Shown: piece by piece, positions 1 to 9,672 of the stretch
Layout of the letters: every line of letters begins with the position of its first letter
How positions within the stretch are numbered: the stretch's first letter is position 1
NCBI GenBank assembly: GCA_002811645.1
Contig: PDIP01000030.1
Coordinates: forward strand, 32,514 to 96,513
From: Corallochytrium limacisporum Hawaii
Taxonomy: Eukaryota > Protista > Pluriformea
DNA: 64,000 nt
Direction: 5' to 3'
Notes under the pieces: generated by a model
Told to the model about the DNA's origin: nothing
Database searches by the model: none
The model's input: only the letters and a program-made list of their open reading frames with translations
Made by a program: the position numbers and the translations under genes

Positions 1-994
1 ATAAATTAACCTACAATCAAGATTGAAAAAGATCCTCGGGAGTCAAGTTTTTCGGAGTTTTGACCCTGACATACCAGACAGAGGGTGGTACCACTATCGT
101 CGTGCTCAGGTTGCGTTCTCATGTGTGAGCGCCGTTTGAGTACGTCGTTCAGTCGCCCGGTGCACAGGTCTGCTTGAGAGTGGTGTGTGGTTGGGTCCCA
201 GTATTTGCCCATCCCGACTGCCAGAAAAGAATTTACTGTCACTGCGATTTCAGACTGTACTATGCACTCAAAGAGGCACTGCATGGAACAAAAGTACTGT
301 GAAAATTTTCTTCTCTGCTCACTGCAAAAATCACGCGATTTCAATTGATATAGAACATAACAGCTTCCCTGCGCCCAAGCAAAACATAAGAATGGAATGT
401 AACCCAATATCCTTATCGCCGCACCTCCTGCCCACGCAAGTTTCCGAATCAGGTACAGCAAACCTGCATTGTGAGCGCTCATATCCACACTCTTCCGTGC
501 ACGCAGGCGGTCTAGCGTTCCCTTGAATATGTGATTCCACAGTTCTCCACGCGCACACTATCCAGCCCCGACCGTGCGCTAAATTCTGAAGACCAGTGCG
601 AGTTGCTTGCTTGTCTCCTTTTGGGGGTGTCCGAAACTGCTACACTATGTGCCACTTTTGTATCTCATCAAAGCCCAGTCCGTTTTTTGCATTCGGGGTC
701 CGATCTGTCTTTCCTTTCTCTCCGCCATTTCCATCAGCGTGCTGTCGGTGTACTGGCGATCAGTGTACTGCGGTGTTCTCCATGTCCTGCTCGGTGGGGT
801 TTGTAGCGGTGGCCGGCCTTGGGCCGTGCCTGTGTTCCGTGTCCGTACAAACCGTCGCACCCGTCCCTACGTCCAAAGGAACAAGAAGAAAGACGCCTGG
901 TGCGGGAAGGCAGTGTTCACGGACGGCGGTCAATTTTCTCTGCCTGTTTCGTCTGTTTGTCTGCTTGTCGGTGCGTGGTTCTCGCCCCGCCCCC

Positions 995-1009
995 GGGGGG
1001 GGGGGGGGG
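995..1009 (+). promoter_or_regulatory. poly-G tract (CCCC-G15) ~150 nt upstream of the M20 gene
   Basis: 15 consecutive G preceded by ccccgccccc; similar tracts precede SEH1, UBE2V and the patatin-like gene on their sense strands. Confidence 0.45.
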
Positions 1010-1162
1010 AGTGGGCTGAGAGCGGCTACTTCCAAGAGGACAAAGCCAGCAGACCCCCTGTGCACTGACAACACTGATATAGCGTTCTTCCCGTACAGAA
1101 CGATCTTGTACCACCCCGATTGCTGCGGGCAGCACGTACGTGTGGTATGTTCAGTAGGAACC

Positions 1163-2299
1163 ATGGACATTGACGTTCAGCAGTTCATGGACGAACTAAA
1201 GGAGTTGATTGAGATACCTTCCGCAACCAAGGACGTTGCCGCGTGTGAGAAAACCCTGGACTGGGTTGAGCAATACTTTGGGTCAACAGAGTATACGTAC
1301 TCAAGGCAGCGCGAGTATGATGATGCCAATCCAATCCTCTACGTGAAGCCCAAAAATTGGCGAGGAGATGAGGAAGTTGGTCCTCGGTGTCTGCTCCTTG
1401 TGCACCTGGATGTTGTGCCAATGGAGGCTGGGTACGCCATGAGTGAAAAGGATAACATTCTTTATGGTCGAGGCGTGTCAGATATGAAAGGGCCTGGCCT
1501 AATTCTCATGGACATCATGCGGCGCATGAAGAATCCAGAAATCCATCTTTTGGTCGTAACAGATGAGGAAACGGGTGGTAACATGGGTGCAAAGTGGTGT
1601 TTTGAGACACGAGAAAATGGTGGCCTGGGTTTGACATGTCGAATCTGTATTTGCCCTGATGGAGGTGATGGAGACAATGTAGTCATTGCTGAAAAGGGCG
1701 TATTGCGCGTCAACATCCGCGCCGAGGGCAAATCGGCCCACAGTGCATATCCGTGGCTCGGTGACAACGCAATCGACAAACTTATGGCTGCCTTGCGTCT
1801 GGTGGAAGGGATGTCGGACTTTAATCAGTACTCTGAGGATAACAAATGGTTTACTACGTTGCAGGTTACGAAGATTGCTGGCGGAACGGCCATAAATCAA
1901 GTTCCTGGCAGTGCATCCGCCGATTGCGACATTCGTTATACAGAGCAATGGACGGCCACGAGCCTGCGGGAGCACATCACCACGAAACTGAAGGAAGCAT
2001 TCGGTGATACCATCAAAGTATCGTCCATCTTTGAACAGCCCATGCTCAACATTGACAAGGAGTCGGTCTATGTTAAGATCGGATGCGACGTGATTCGGGA
2101 AATAGTTGGAAAAGAACCCGAACTCCTCAAAGGTAATGGCACTAGTGACGGACACTGGGCCCCGTTCCCGGTGATAATGACGAAACCGACGGGAGGTGGA
2201 TTGCACCAACACTCTGAGTGGGTAGATAAACTGTCGCTGCTGGGCAGCCATAAGGTGTTTGCAGAGATAATCAAACGGTACGTTGCCGTGGAACAATAG
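1163..2299 (+). CDS. M20/M25/M40 family metallohydrolase (DapE/ArgE-like), 378 aa
   Basis: Motifs HLDVVP, YGRGVSDMKG, TDEETGG, PDGG, AEKG, GKSAHSAYPWLGDNAI, GTSDG, GGGLH..SEWV. ATG at 1163 (MDIDVQQF) chosen because the in-frame upstream part of the 596 ORF crosses the poly-G tract and is not protein-like. Confidence 0.9.
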   Translation: MDIDVQQFMDELKELIEIPSATKDVAACEKTLDWVEQYFGSTEYTYSRQREYDDANPILYVKPKNWRGDEEVGPRCLLLVHLDVVPMEAGYAMSEKDNILYGRGVSDMKGPGLILMDIMRRMKNPEIHLLVVTDEETGGNMGAKWCFETRENGGLGLTCRICICPDGGDGDNVVIAEKGVLRVNIRAEGKSAHSAYPWLGDNAIDKLMAALRLVEGMSDFNQYSEDNKWFTTLQVTKIAGGTAINQVPGSASADCDIRYTEQWTATSLREHITTKLKEAFGDTIKVSSIFEQPMLNIDKESVYVKIGCDVIREIVGKEPELLKGNGTSDGHWAPFPVIMTKPTGGGLHQHSEWVDKLSLLGSHKVFAEIIKRYVAVEQ

Positions 2300-2400
2300 A
2301 CGCCGTACCAATCGTACTAAGACAACTAGTTCTTGTATTTCAGTTTTTGGGACTAGTCATTGTCACAAAGAGACATAAAGTGATATTGCAACTCATGGAC

Positions 2401-5400
2401 TCATGAATTGTCCCGTTCTTGCTGTGGCGCGTTCATCTCAGCAAAGAGATGGGACACCTCCTCGGCTGACAAGATAGACAGCAACTGGCCAATTATGTTC
2501 AGTGCAGTGTGCCTCTGGCCTCGTACCGCCTCCACGAGTTCACTCACGCGTTTATCCCTCTCGTGCTCTTCCAGACGGGCAATCAGGCGGCCCTGGCGTG
2601 ACTCCAGCCAGGTAGCAACCATCTTGTTGTCATCCCACATGGGAATAGGCTCCTCCTCAACCATCCTGAACTCCACGACCCACCGTCGCAGAATGACTTC
2701 GGCCTGACGCAGATCCATGCCAGGCGTCTCCGATCGCTGAATCCTTCGTTTGATCTGCAACTCAATGATGGCGCGTCGGAAATGCCAGTAGAAGAAGTGG
2801 CGGGCCTCAGCCCATGGTACTAAAGCAGACACCGCGTTCTTTTCATTCATACGTAGCGCCGTGTCGTGAAGGTCTGCAAAGGCCACTGCAGCCTGGCGAA
2901 TTCCCAGCTCTCGCTCGTGTTCCGGCGCATTGGGAGCAATTGTATCTGCCGTCCGCCTGCGCAGGGCATCGAAGTCGCGCTCCTTGAATTTAATTTGGAT
3001 GGTGTTCTCCGGTTCGAGGATACCACCGCGGCTAGTGGGATCAGCGAAGAGTGAGCTCATCTCCGGATTGATGGCGGGATCAACTACGACCCAGGCACCG
3101 CCCCTGAGATCGCTCTTTGGAGGGATGTACGATGCGACGGGGTTCTTGTAGTCCTTCAGCGCGTTCACAATGTCCACTGAATACTTCAGAACCTCATCAT
3201 ACATATCCCGCGTACCCCCAGCAAAGCCCTTCCAGTTCGCCATAATGAACAGGGGCAGGTTCTCCTTATCAAAATCACGAATGGCCTGGGCCATCTTAGA
3301 CGCTGAGGAGGCAAACAAAATCGATCCACTCATGTGGCTGACAATAACCTCAGAGTCGGGATTCGCAGGATCAGCAGGTAATTTGAACTCCACGGGCCGT
3401 TTTTCTACTGTTATGATAGCCACAGGGATGCCACCGAGGGTAGCACGGCCTACAATCACATTTTGCGCCCACCCGCTCATGATCTCTTGGAATGAGTACT
3501 TGTCGAACACACCAGAAACACGGTCCGCTTCGGGGATCATGGATCCAGGCCCGCTGTAGTCTCCGACGATGAGCTTGCGCGGGTCATACGGAACGTCGTC
3601 CTCCGGGACTTCGAAAGTCACGGGGCGGTTCACGGGGTCCAGCTCCAGATGCACAGGCGGCATCTGAGACGAGGTTAATGGAATATAGCTTAGCCAACGC
3701 AGCGCAGAAATGACAGCTTCGTAGTCATTCTGGGCAACTAGGGAAGTCACTCCGTTGGCTTCCATGATGTGTGTGCCGCCCAGTTGAGCATCGCTTGCGT
3801 AGGCATTGCGACCCAGCATGCGGTTCTGTTCCTTGGCAGCGGTCAGGATTATGTGACTGCCCTCAACCTGGATGACTCGCGATCCTAGACGAGCGAGATA
3901 TGCACCAATACCAATAGAGCGGCAACTGACAATGGTCAACGTAAAGCACTTTTTGTACGCCTCGGCCATGACCGCTGCAATTCGGGCACTGCCATGGAGG
4001 ACCTCGGCACCTAGCTGTTCGCTCTCCTTGCCGTAGATGCTAATGATTTTGTAGCGGTTCTCACCGTTTGCTTCAATAAGTTCCGCACGGACCTGATTCC
4101 GGCTGCTTAGCTGGGAGTAGTCATCTGGTGTGAGATACAGATAATCGATGCCTTCAGCAGGGTTCTGGCTATTGTTCCAACAGACACGGAAGGAGTTCAT
4201 CACATCCCTCGCCAGTCCAACCCTGGCACCACTGTTGGCTGCGAAGTAAATTACAGGTATTTCCCTTTCGATACTATAGTTTACAGCAGCGCGATAGAGC
4301 TCGTCCTCAGTTTCCGTGAAGGTACCGAGCTCGTAGGTTATGTCACTGCAGATGATAACCAGGTCCCGGCCCTGCGGGCAGTACGGCAAGTTCATGTGCA
4401 ATTTCCAGACAACGATGGAGCAGTTATTGGTGCCATGTTCGCGAGCAGTTTCACGCAGTTCCTGGTGATCATCCAGAATCATCTCTGTGGCATCTAGAAC
4501 ATTCATGGGCATGGTCACGGTGGTGTTGACTGGTGGTGCGCCACCGCCGCCCCACTGCTTCTCCAAAACCTTAAGATTTCGGTGGTAGCCGAACCATGTG
4601 TCCCTGACACCCTGACGAAACAGTTCGGGGATATCATACGCATAGGTTGTGCCACGGGATTGAGCCAGGAACCGCTTTGACTGCAAGATACCCTTGGTGT
4701 GGTAAGGTTCGATGGCAGAGTGACCATGTAAGGGGCCCTTCCTGCGACCGAGGCTCTCTAGGTAAATAATGCCTTTCTCCTCATCATACACTTCCTTGTA
4801 GACGTGAATCTCAAGTACATAACCGCTCTCGTTGTTTACAAAGAATCGAACACGCTTCTCCTGATCGTCAGGGCTGTCCCTGACGGACATACAAATTTCA
4901 GCTTTGAGAATACGCAGCTTCCACAGTCTTCGACCGTGGCGGATGATAAGTGCGCGCAGATCGGGCAGAATACTCTCTGGGTCCAGGATGACCGACGGCA
5001 CAAAGTTAAGGAAAAGATGATTGCCGTCCACTGCTGGAAATTCATTTCTGGAGATCGTCAGCTCTATCTCATCCATGGCTTCGACCATCATGCGCTCACC
5101 TTCACTGAAAAAGAATTCAACCGACGTGTTGCTGGAAATCAGATCGGCGTGGCGCACGATGCAACGCGCAAACAGACGACGATCGCGCAAACCTTCCTTA
5201 CTCACACTCTTCCTGCTCTTAGCGTCACCGTAGTATAGATGCAAACGGGGGTTGCTAGTGTTGATGAAGGACAGGTTATAGTTACTCAATCGACTAAGCT
5301 CGAGCTGGAACGCCAGTGCTGGCTCGATGTTCCGATATACCGTATCCTCTGCATAGTCGAGCCAGATGCGGAACGTAAAGTACGCAGGCATCTGCTCGTG

Positions 5401-8400
5401 TTCCAGTACCAAGAAAGTGACACGGCGGATGCCACGGCTCTGCAAAAGGGTTTTCTTGGACCTCACAAAGTCACCCAGGAGCTTTACTTTCTCGAGTTCG
5501 TTCTTCGGTTCCGGGTGGTTCGTCAATTTGACTCGGCGCAGAGCTACCACAATAGAGTTCACAAAGAGTTTTGGATCCAAGGACTCGTAGTCCTCCATTT
5601 CCTCAAAGCAATTGACGGCGCTGTTGAAGTTCACGACCACTTCATCCATAGTATCAAAGGCACAAAGACAGCCCCTGCGCTTGCGGGTGAGAGAAAACAT
5701 GCGGTCACCCTCAGCGGTGTTCCGCCCTCCATCACTGTCTCCGTACTTGGACCATGAACCTCGGCTTGAAGATGTCGAGGAGTTGCGTTTATGGCCCTTG
5801 AAATGACCATCTCTCTCTTTTCTCGATGTTAAATGGACCTCCTTTTCTTTCTTGGGTCCGAGGCGGGCCAACTCCTTCTGCTGGTCACGAATGAAGGGAT
5901 GGGACGGCGGCAGCATGTAGGCCCATTCTACCATCTTGTAGCCCACCTCGGGTGTCAAATGGTGTACACTGTGCAGAGTGTAGGCCGTGTATGCACGTCG
6001 TAAGTAGATCTCCATTGCCACCGTGCATAGCTTGAGATCTTTGTGGTAGAACAAATGACTCAGCACATCGAAGAGGGTTGTGGACTGCTTAACAAGCATT
6101 TCCAATCGGCTGCTACCTTCTTCGCCAAAGGCTTCCATGGCGCCCTTTAGATACATCTCGAGATCCATAAGACGGCGGTCGAAGCTTGGGCTGGAGGCAA
6201 TCAGAATGGCCTGTCGGGCTTTGAGTCCAACCATGGTGGAAGACTTGGAAGACAGATCAGCGAGGCGTTCCAAAAGAATCTTGATGTGTGGACTAAGGTT
6301 ATTAGAGTCGGTGGAAGTGAGAATGTCCAGCAGACGAATGGCGACAAGACTGCGCCATTTACTCTGATGATGTGCCCGAACTATACCAGTGGCGGTCTGG
6401 ATGTTCTCAGAATACTTTTCTCGCAGCAGGGCCATGACATCCTCGTTTGAGCGACTCGTCGAAGAGGTTACAAACCGATTGTGGCTTGAACGTACTTCGG
6501 GAAGGTTGCCGCGCCTTCGCTGGGCCTCGGACCACAGTTCCTCAACCTCTAGGTACTGAGTAAGGTAGGACGAAATTACAATCTTGTGATGTCCCTTCAG
6601 GCCATTACGGTACCGTTGAATAAGCTGAATGATCGGCTCCACGACAATGTAGAAGGCATCGTGCTCTGTCTTTTTCTCAATCTGGCGCGCGTAGCTATCA
6701 ATGCAGTCCGCGATTTGCTGTACCGGGAAGGTACAGAAAACGCTGCGCAAGGAAGCAGCGTAGGATTTGATAATGTCGTTGAGCTTCTTTTGGATGGAAG
6801 GAGCAATGCGACCACCCATAGCACCAACAACAGTCTGTAACTCAAGTAGCGGTAAACGTGGGTCGAGGAGGCACTTGTTCAGATGGTCAAGTGTTTCATC
6901 AATATACTCCTGGTAGACAGCTTCCGGGTACTCATAGCCATCAAAGATGTCCTTGATCGCATTTCGACAGTACTTGTACCTGTTCATTACTTTCTCATCT
7001 TCTCGCAGGGACAGGCTGAGCTCTAAAGGGAACGTTGTTTTGGTCAACACTGTCTCAGGTTGATGACTCTCCTCTTCGTCAAGTTCAATCTGCGCCAGAA
7101 CGTCACCGATGTCCACAACTGTACCCGGTGACCGGTGATGACGAAGAATACCACTGCCTGGAGCCTTCAGTGTGCTCCGCATCCGCATGGCCTCAATTTC
7201 CAGGAAAGGGTCTCCCACTGAGATCCGCTCTCCATCCTCCACCAAGTACCGCACAATCTTGCTCGGCATCTGCGCCCGACAGCATGAGGGATCGATGTCC
7301 CTATTGATCACCATGACCTTACCATCAACAGTGACGTGGACACAGTTTCCTTGCTCCTTGATGTAGCATACGTGACTGGTTTCCTTCATGATCATGAGCA
7401 TACCACCGTCATTTAGCATGTGGTACTGAATCTCAATGAATGAATCATTCAGACCCAAGACCATTCGATCTGCCGCACACTTTGTGACAGTGATGGGATA
7501 CAAGTGATGAATGGGCTCATCGTTCTCGATAATAAGGTTCACAGTTGTGTTCATGCGTAGATATTCCCAGCTGGCCATTTGACCACGTTGCATGCAACTA
7601 CCAAAGTAGTGGCTGCGCATGGTTATTTCCTTTTCGGCCAGGTGTGTGGCAGCTGCCACCAAGGCTAATGTCGGATCAGCCTTCTCTTCAGTTTCGTTCT
7701 TGCGCAGAGACAGAATGGTCTCATCCAGCCAGCCTAGAGTGACATTGTTCTGAATAAATGTCTTTGATTCCAAAAGGCTGCTGATAATCTCAGCAGTGCC
7801 CTGCATACCGTCCCGAGCACCAATTTCCCGCAGGGCTAAGACGAGGTTCCTCCGAGCTCGTTCTCGATTTTCACCCCACACAAAGATGTAGTTTTTGGAC
7901 ATGTCATCGGTGTCATCAAAAGTATTGCCCACAGTCAAGCGAGTGCCTAGCAGATCAAATGGACTCGATTCAGCAAAGCTTGGCAAGACAGACAGATTCT
8001 CTGGCCCTTCCAGAGTCATTCGGCAGAAGATAGCATGGCCATCCGCCCGTGCCTTCCGGAAAGCCTTGGGATCACCTGTACTTGGTTGGAACGGGATCTG
8101 CGACGTGCCCCAAGGGTCGGCATGATAAAGTAGACGAAGCTCCTTCATACGGTGAAGAGGGACACCCATAGCAATCTGCAGCTGCAGAGCTGGGAAGTTG
8201 ACGTGAGAGATCATTTCGTTCGCAGGATGCTCCGCCTGTAGTGCCGGGTGAACCCCTTGGAAATACGCTTTACCATCGCTGACAAGGAATGTGACCGAGC
8301 ACACCCCCTCAAAACGGGCCAGTCGCAATACTTTGCAGGCCATCTTCTCTACCTCATGTCGCAGTCGAACGCTGCGAAAGACTGCTGGGCTTTCTCCGAG

Positions 8401-9672
8401 GACTGTCTGCTGTCGGGATTGTGCACTGATATCTCGAGTGAAAATGCTGGCTACATTGTTGTAGTGGTCACAAGCCATCTGCAGCTCAATGAGCCGTGCA
8501 GCCTCATCATATGTCTCCAGGAACAAGTGACTACCCGGGTAGTCCAGTTCAATCTGATGATACAGCGATGCAAGGGCCTCCCCGTTGTCCACAACCATGT
8601 CGACACCCGGCAAGCAGCTGGGACCCTGTGCAAGGTAAACTCGCACTGGGTACTCGAGCTCTTGCGCCTGCCGCAGAGCGCTCTCTACGTCGCTAACTGC
8701 ACAATTATTGTACTGACTCCGCGATAACCAGTAGGGGTCTGCACGGTTAGTCTTCAAAGCACTGATACCATCGTCCGTATCCAGGCGGTACGGATCCGCA
8801 CTGCTGGGAGAGGTGGAGCCGTATGCACCCAAGAAGTCCACAACATCATTTGGCTTCACACGTGTACTGCTGCCACTCCAGGGCAACATGTCGATTCCCG
8901 CCCCTTGGGCAACCAATCGAGCAGTGATTGCATTCCCCAGAACCGCGAGTGTATGGTAGTGCGGCCCGAGGAAGGCAATCCCACTTTTGTGTAGCATTTC
9001 AGCGAGCTTAGGGTCCTCGCTTCCGTGTCCCCATCCGAGCCACACGGCATCTACATCGTGGTGCTCTGCGATATCAAGGATTACTTCCGCATTGGCGTAC
9101 GACTTCTGTTCTCCGCTGCTACTGGCAATGGGCACGTAGTGGTCTGCCATCTTTAGATGTTCTGAATTGCTGGCTATGTCCTCCGGCGTCGCGACTACCA
9201 CGAACTGCAAAGCTTTCTCTGTCGTAAACATTTCGTAGCTCCATTGTTTCAGCGAACGAATCGCCTTGGCTGCTGCTGTGCTGCTGTTGGCGATGAGGAT
9301 CCGACTCAATGGCCGGCGACCATCGAAGAGTTTCACAAATTCCGCCACAGAAGCCATCTTGGGTCTTTTCGTCTCCTCTTCCGGCAAAACAGCGCCTGCT
9401 TGAATGGAAGTACCTAAAATGCTGGGGTCTGTGTTAAAACTCTGCCTGGTTGATGTCTGCATTTGGCTAAAATTGGAGGTTGTACTCGAGATGAGAGGTG
9501 AGTAGCTGTAGATGGCTGAGCTATCCCGCTTACGCTGCGCTTCATTGGAAGACGGACCAGGTGTATCCACCCACTTCTCATCCTCATCGATCCTGCTGGT
9601 GCCTTGATCTGTAGTGCTCCTGCTGCCCCGGTTCCCGCCCGATGGGATGGCAATGGGCCTTGAGGGCTTCAT
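2401..9672 (-). CDS. ACC: Full-length multidomain acetyl-CoA carboxylase-like protein (BC-BT-BCCP-central-CT), apparently catalytically inactive
   Basis: Uninterrupted ORF, first ATG at 9672. ACC hallmarks throughout: VAEFVKLFDG, WLGWGHGSEDP, ALQLQIAMGVPL, LLDPRLPLLEL, YRNIEPALAFQLELSRL, TTYAYD, ANSGARVGLA, IGIGAYLARLG, PADPANPDS, LRGGAWVVVD, FADLHDT. Biotin motif is EAMRM and BC catalytic motifs are degenerate. Confidence 0.95.
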   Translation of the reverse strand: MKPSRPIAIPSGGNRGSRSTTDQGTSRIDEDEKWVDTPGPSSNEAQRKRDSSAIYSYSPLISSTTSNFSQMQTSTRQSFNTDPSILGTSIQAGAVLPEEETKRPKMASVAEFVKLFDGRRPLSRILIANSSTAAAKAIRSLKQWSYEMFTTEKALQFVVVATPEDIASNSEHLKMADHYVPIASSSGEQKSYANAEVILDIAEHHDVDAVWLGWGHGSEDPKLAEMLHKSGIAFLGPHYHTLAVLGNAITARLVAQGAGIDMLPWSGSSTRVKPNDVVDFLGAYGSTSPSSADPYRLDTDDGISALKTNRADPYWLSRSQYNNCAVSDVESALRQAQELEYPVRVYLAQGPSCLPGVDMVVDNGEALASLYHQIELDYPGSHLFLETYDEAARLIELQMACDHYNNVASIFTRDISAQSRQQTVLGESPAVFRSVRLRHEVEKMACKVLRLARFEGVCSVTFLVSDGKAYFQGVHPALQAEHPANEMISHVNFPALQLQIAMGVPLHRMKELRLLYHADPWGTSQIPFQPSTGDPKAFRKARADGHAIFCRMTLEGPENLSVLPSFAESSPFDLLGTRLTVGNTFDDTDDMSKNYIFVWGENRERARRNLVLALREIGARDGMQGTAEIISSLLESKTFIQNNVTLGWLDETILSLRKNETEEKADPTLALVAAATHLAEKEITMRSHYFGSCMQRGQMASWEYLRMNTTVNLIIENDEPIHHLYPITVTKCAADRMVLGLNDSFIEIQYHMLNDGGMLMIMKETSHVCYIKEQGNCVHVTVDGKVMVINRDIDPSCCRAQMPSKIVRYLVEDGERISVGDPFLEIEAMRMRSTLKAPGSGILRHHRSPGTVVDIGDVLAQIELDEEESHQPETVLTKTTFPLELSLSLREDEKVMNRYKYCRNAIKDIFDGYEYPEAVYQEYIDETLDHLNKCLLDPRLPLLELQTVVGAMGGRIAPSIQKKLNDIIKSYAASLRSVFCTFPVQQIADCIDSYARQIEKKTEHDAFYIVVEPIIQLIQRYRNGLKGHHKIVISSYLTQYLEVEELWSEAQRRRGNLPEVRSSHNRFVTSSTSRSNEDVMALLREKYSENIQTATGIVRAHHQSKWRSLVAIRLLDILTSTDSNNLSPHIKILLERLADLSSKSSTMVGLKARQAILIASSPSFDRRLMDLEMYLKGAMEAFGEEGSSRLEMLVKQSTTLFDVLSHLFYHKDLKLCTVAMEIYLRRAYTAYTLHSVHHLTPEVGYKMVEWAYMLPPSHPFIRDQQKELARLGPKKEKEVHLTSRKERDGHFKGHKRNSSTSSSRGSWSKYGDSDGGRNTAEGDRMFSLTRKRRGCLCAFDTMDEVVVNFNSAVNCFEEMEDYESLDPKLFVNSIVVALRRVKLTNHPEPKNELEKVKLLGDFVRSKKTLLQSRGIRRVTFLVLEHEQMPAYFTFRIWLDYAEDTVYRNIEPALAFQLELSRLSNYNLSFINTSNPRLHLYYGDAKSRKSVSKEGLRDRRLFARCIVRHADLISSNTSVEFFFSEGERMMVEAMDEIELTISRNEFPAVDGNHLFLNFVPSVILDPESILPDLRALIIRHGRRLWKLRILKAEICMSVRDSPDDQEKRVRFFVNNESGYVLEIHVYKEVYDEEKGIIYLESLGRRKGPLHGHSAIEPYHTKGILQSKRFLAQSRGTTYAYDIPELFRQGVRDTWFGYHRNLKVLEKQWGGGGAPPVNTTVTMPMNVLDATEMILDDHQELRETAREHGTNNCSIVVWKLHMNLPYCPQGRDLVIICSDITYELGTFTETEDELYRAAVNYSIEREIPVIYFAANSGARVGLARDVMNSFRVCWNNSQNPAEGIDYLYLTPDDYSQLSSRNQVRAELIEANGENRYKIISIYGKESEQLGAEVLHGSARIAAVMAEAYKKCFTLTIVSCRSIGIGAYLARLGSRVIQVEGSHIILTAAKEQNRMLGRNAYASDAQLGGTHIMEANGVTSLVAQNDYEAVISALRWLSYIPLTSSQMPPVHLELDPVNRPVTFEVPEDDVPYDPRKLIVGDYSGPGSMIPEADRVSGVFDKYSFQEIMSGWAQNVIVGRATLGGIPVAIITVEKRPVEFKLPADPANPDSEVIVSHMSGSILFASSASKMAQAIRDFDKENLPLFIMANWKGFAGGTRDMYDEVLKYSVDIVNALKDYKNPVASYIPPKSDLRGGAWVVVDPAINPEMSSLFADPTSRGGILEPENTIQIKFKERDFDALRRRTADTIAPNAPEHERELGIRQAAVAFADLHDTALRMNEKNAVSALVPWAEARHFFYWHFRRAIIELQIKRRIQRSETPGMDLRQAEVILRRWVVEFRMVEEEPIPMWDDNKMVATWLESRQGRLIARLEEHERDKRVSELVEAVRGQRHTALNIIGQLLSILSAEEVSHLFAEMNAPQQERDNS

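Noticed and set aside
6-488. 160-aa minus-strand ORF at the window start
   Set aside because: No recognisable motif, Cys/Trp-rich composition, and overlapping ORFs of similar size in other frames.
596-1162. 189-aa N-terminal extension of the M20 ORF
   Set aside because: Starts at GTG, crosses the poly-G tract and is not protein-like; family similarity begins at ATG 1163.
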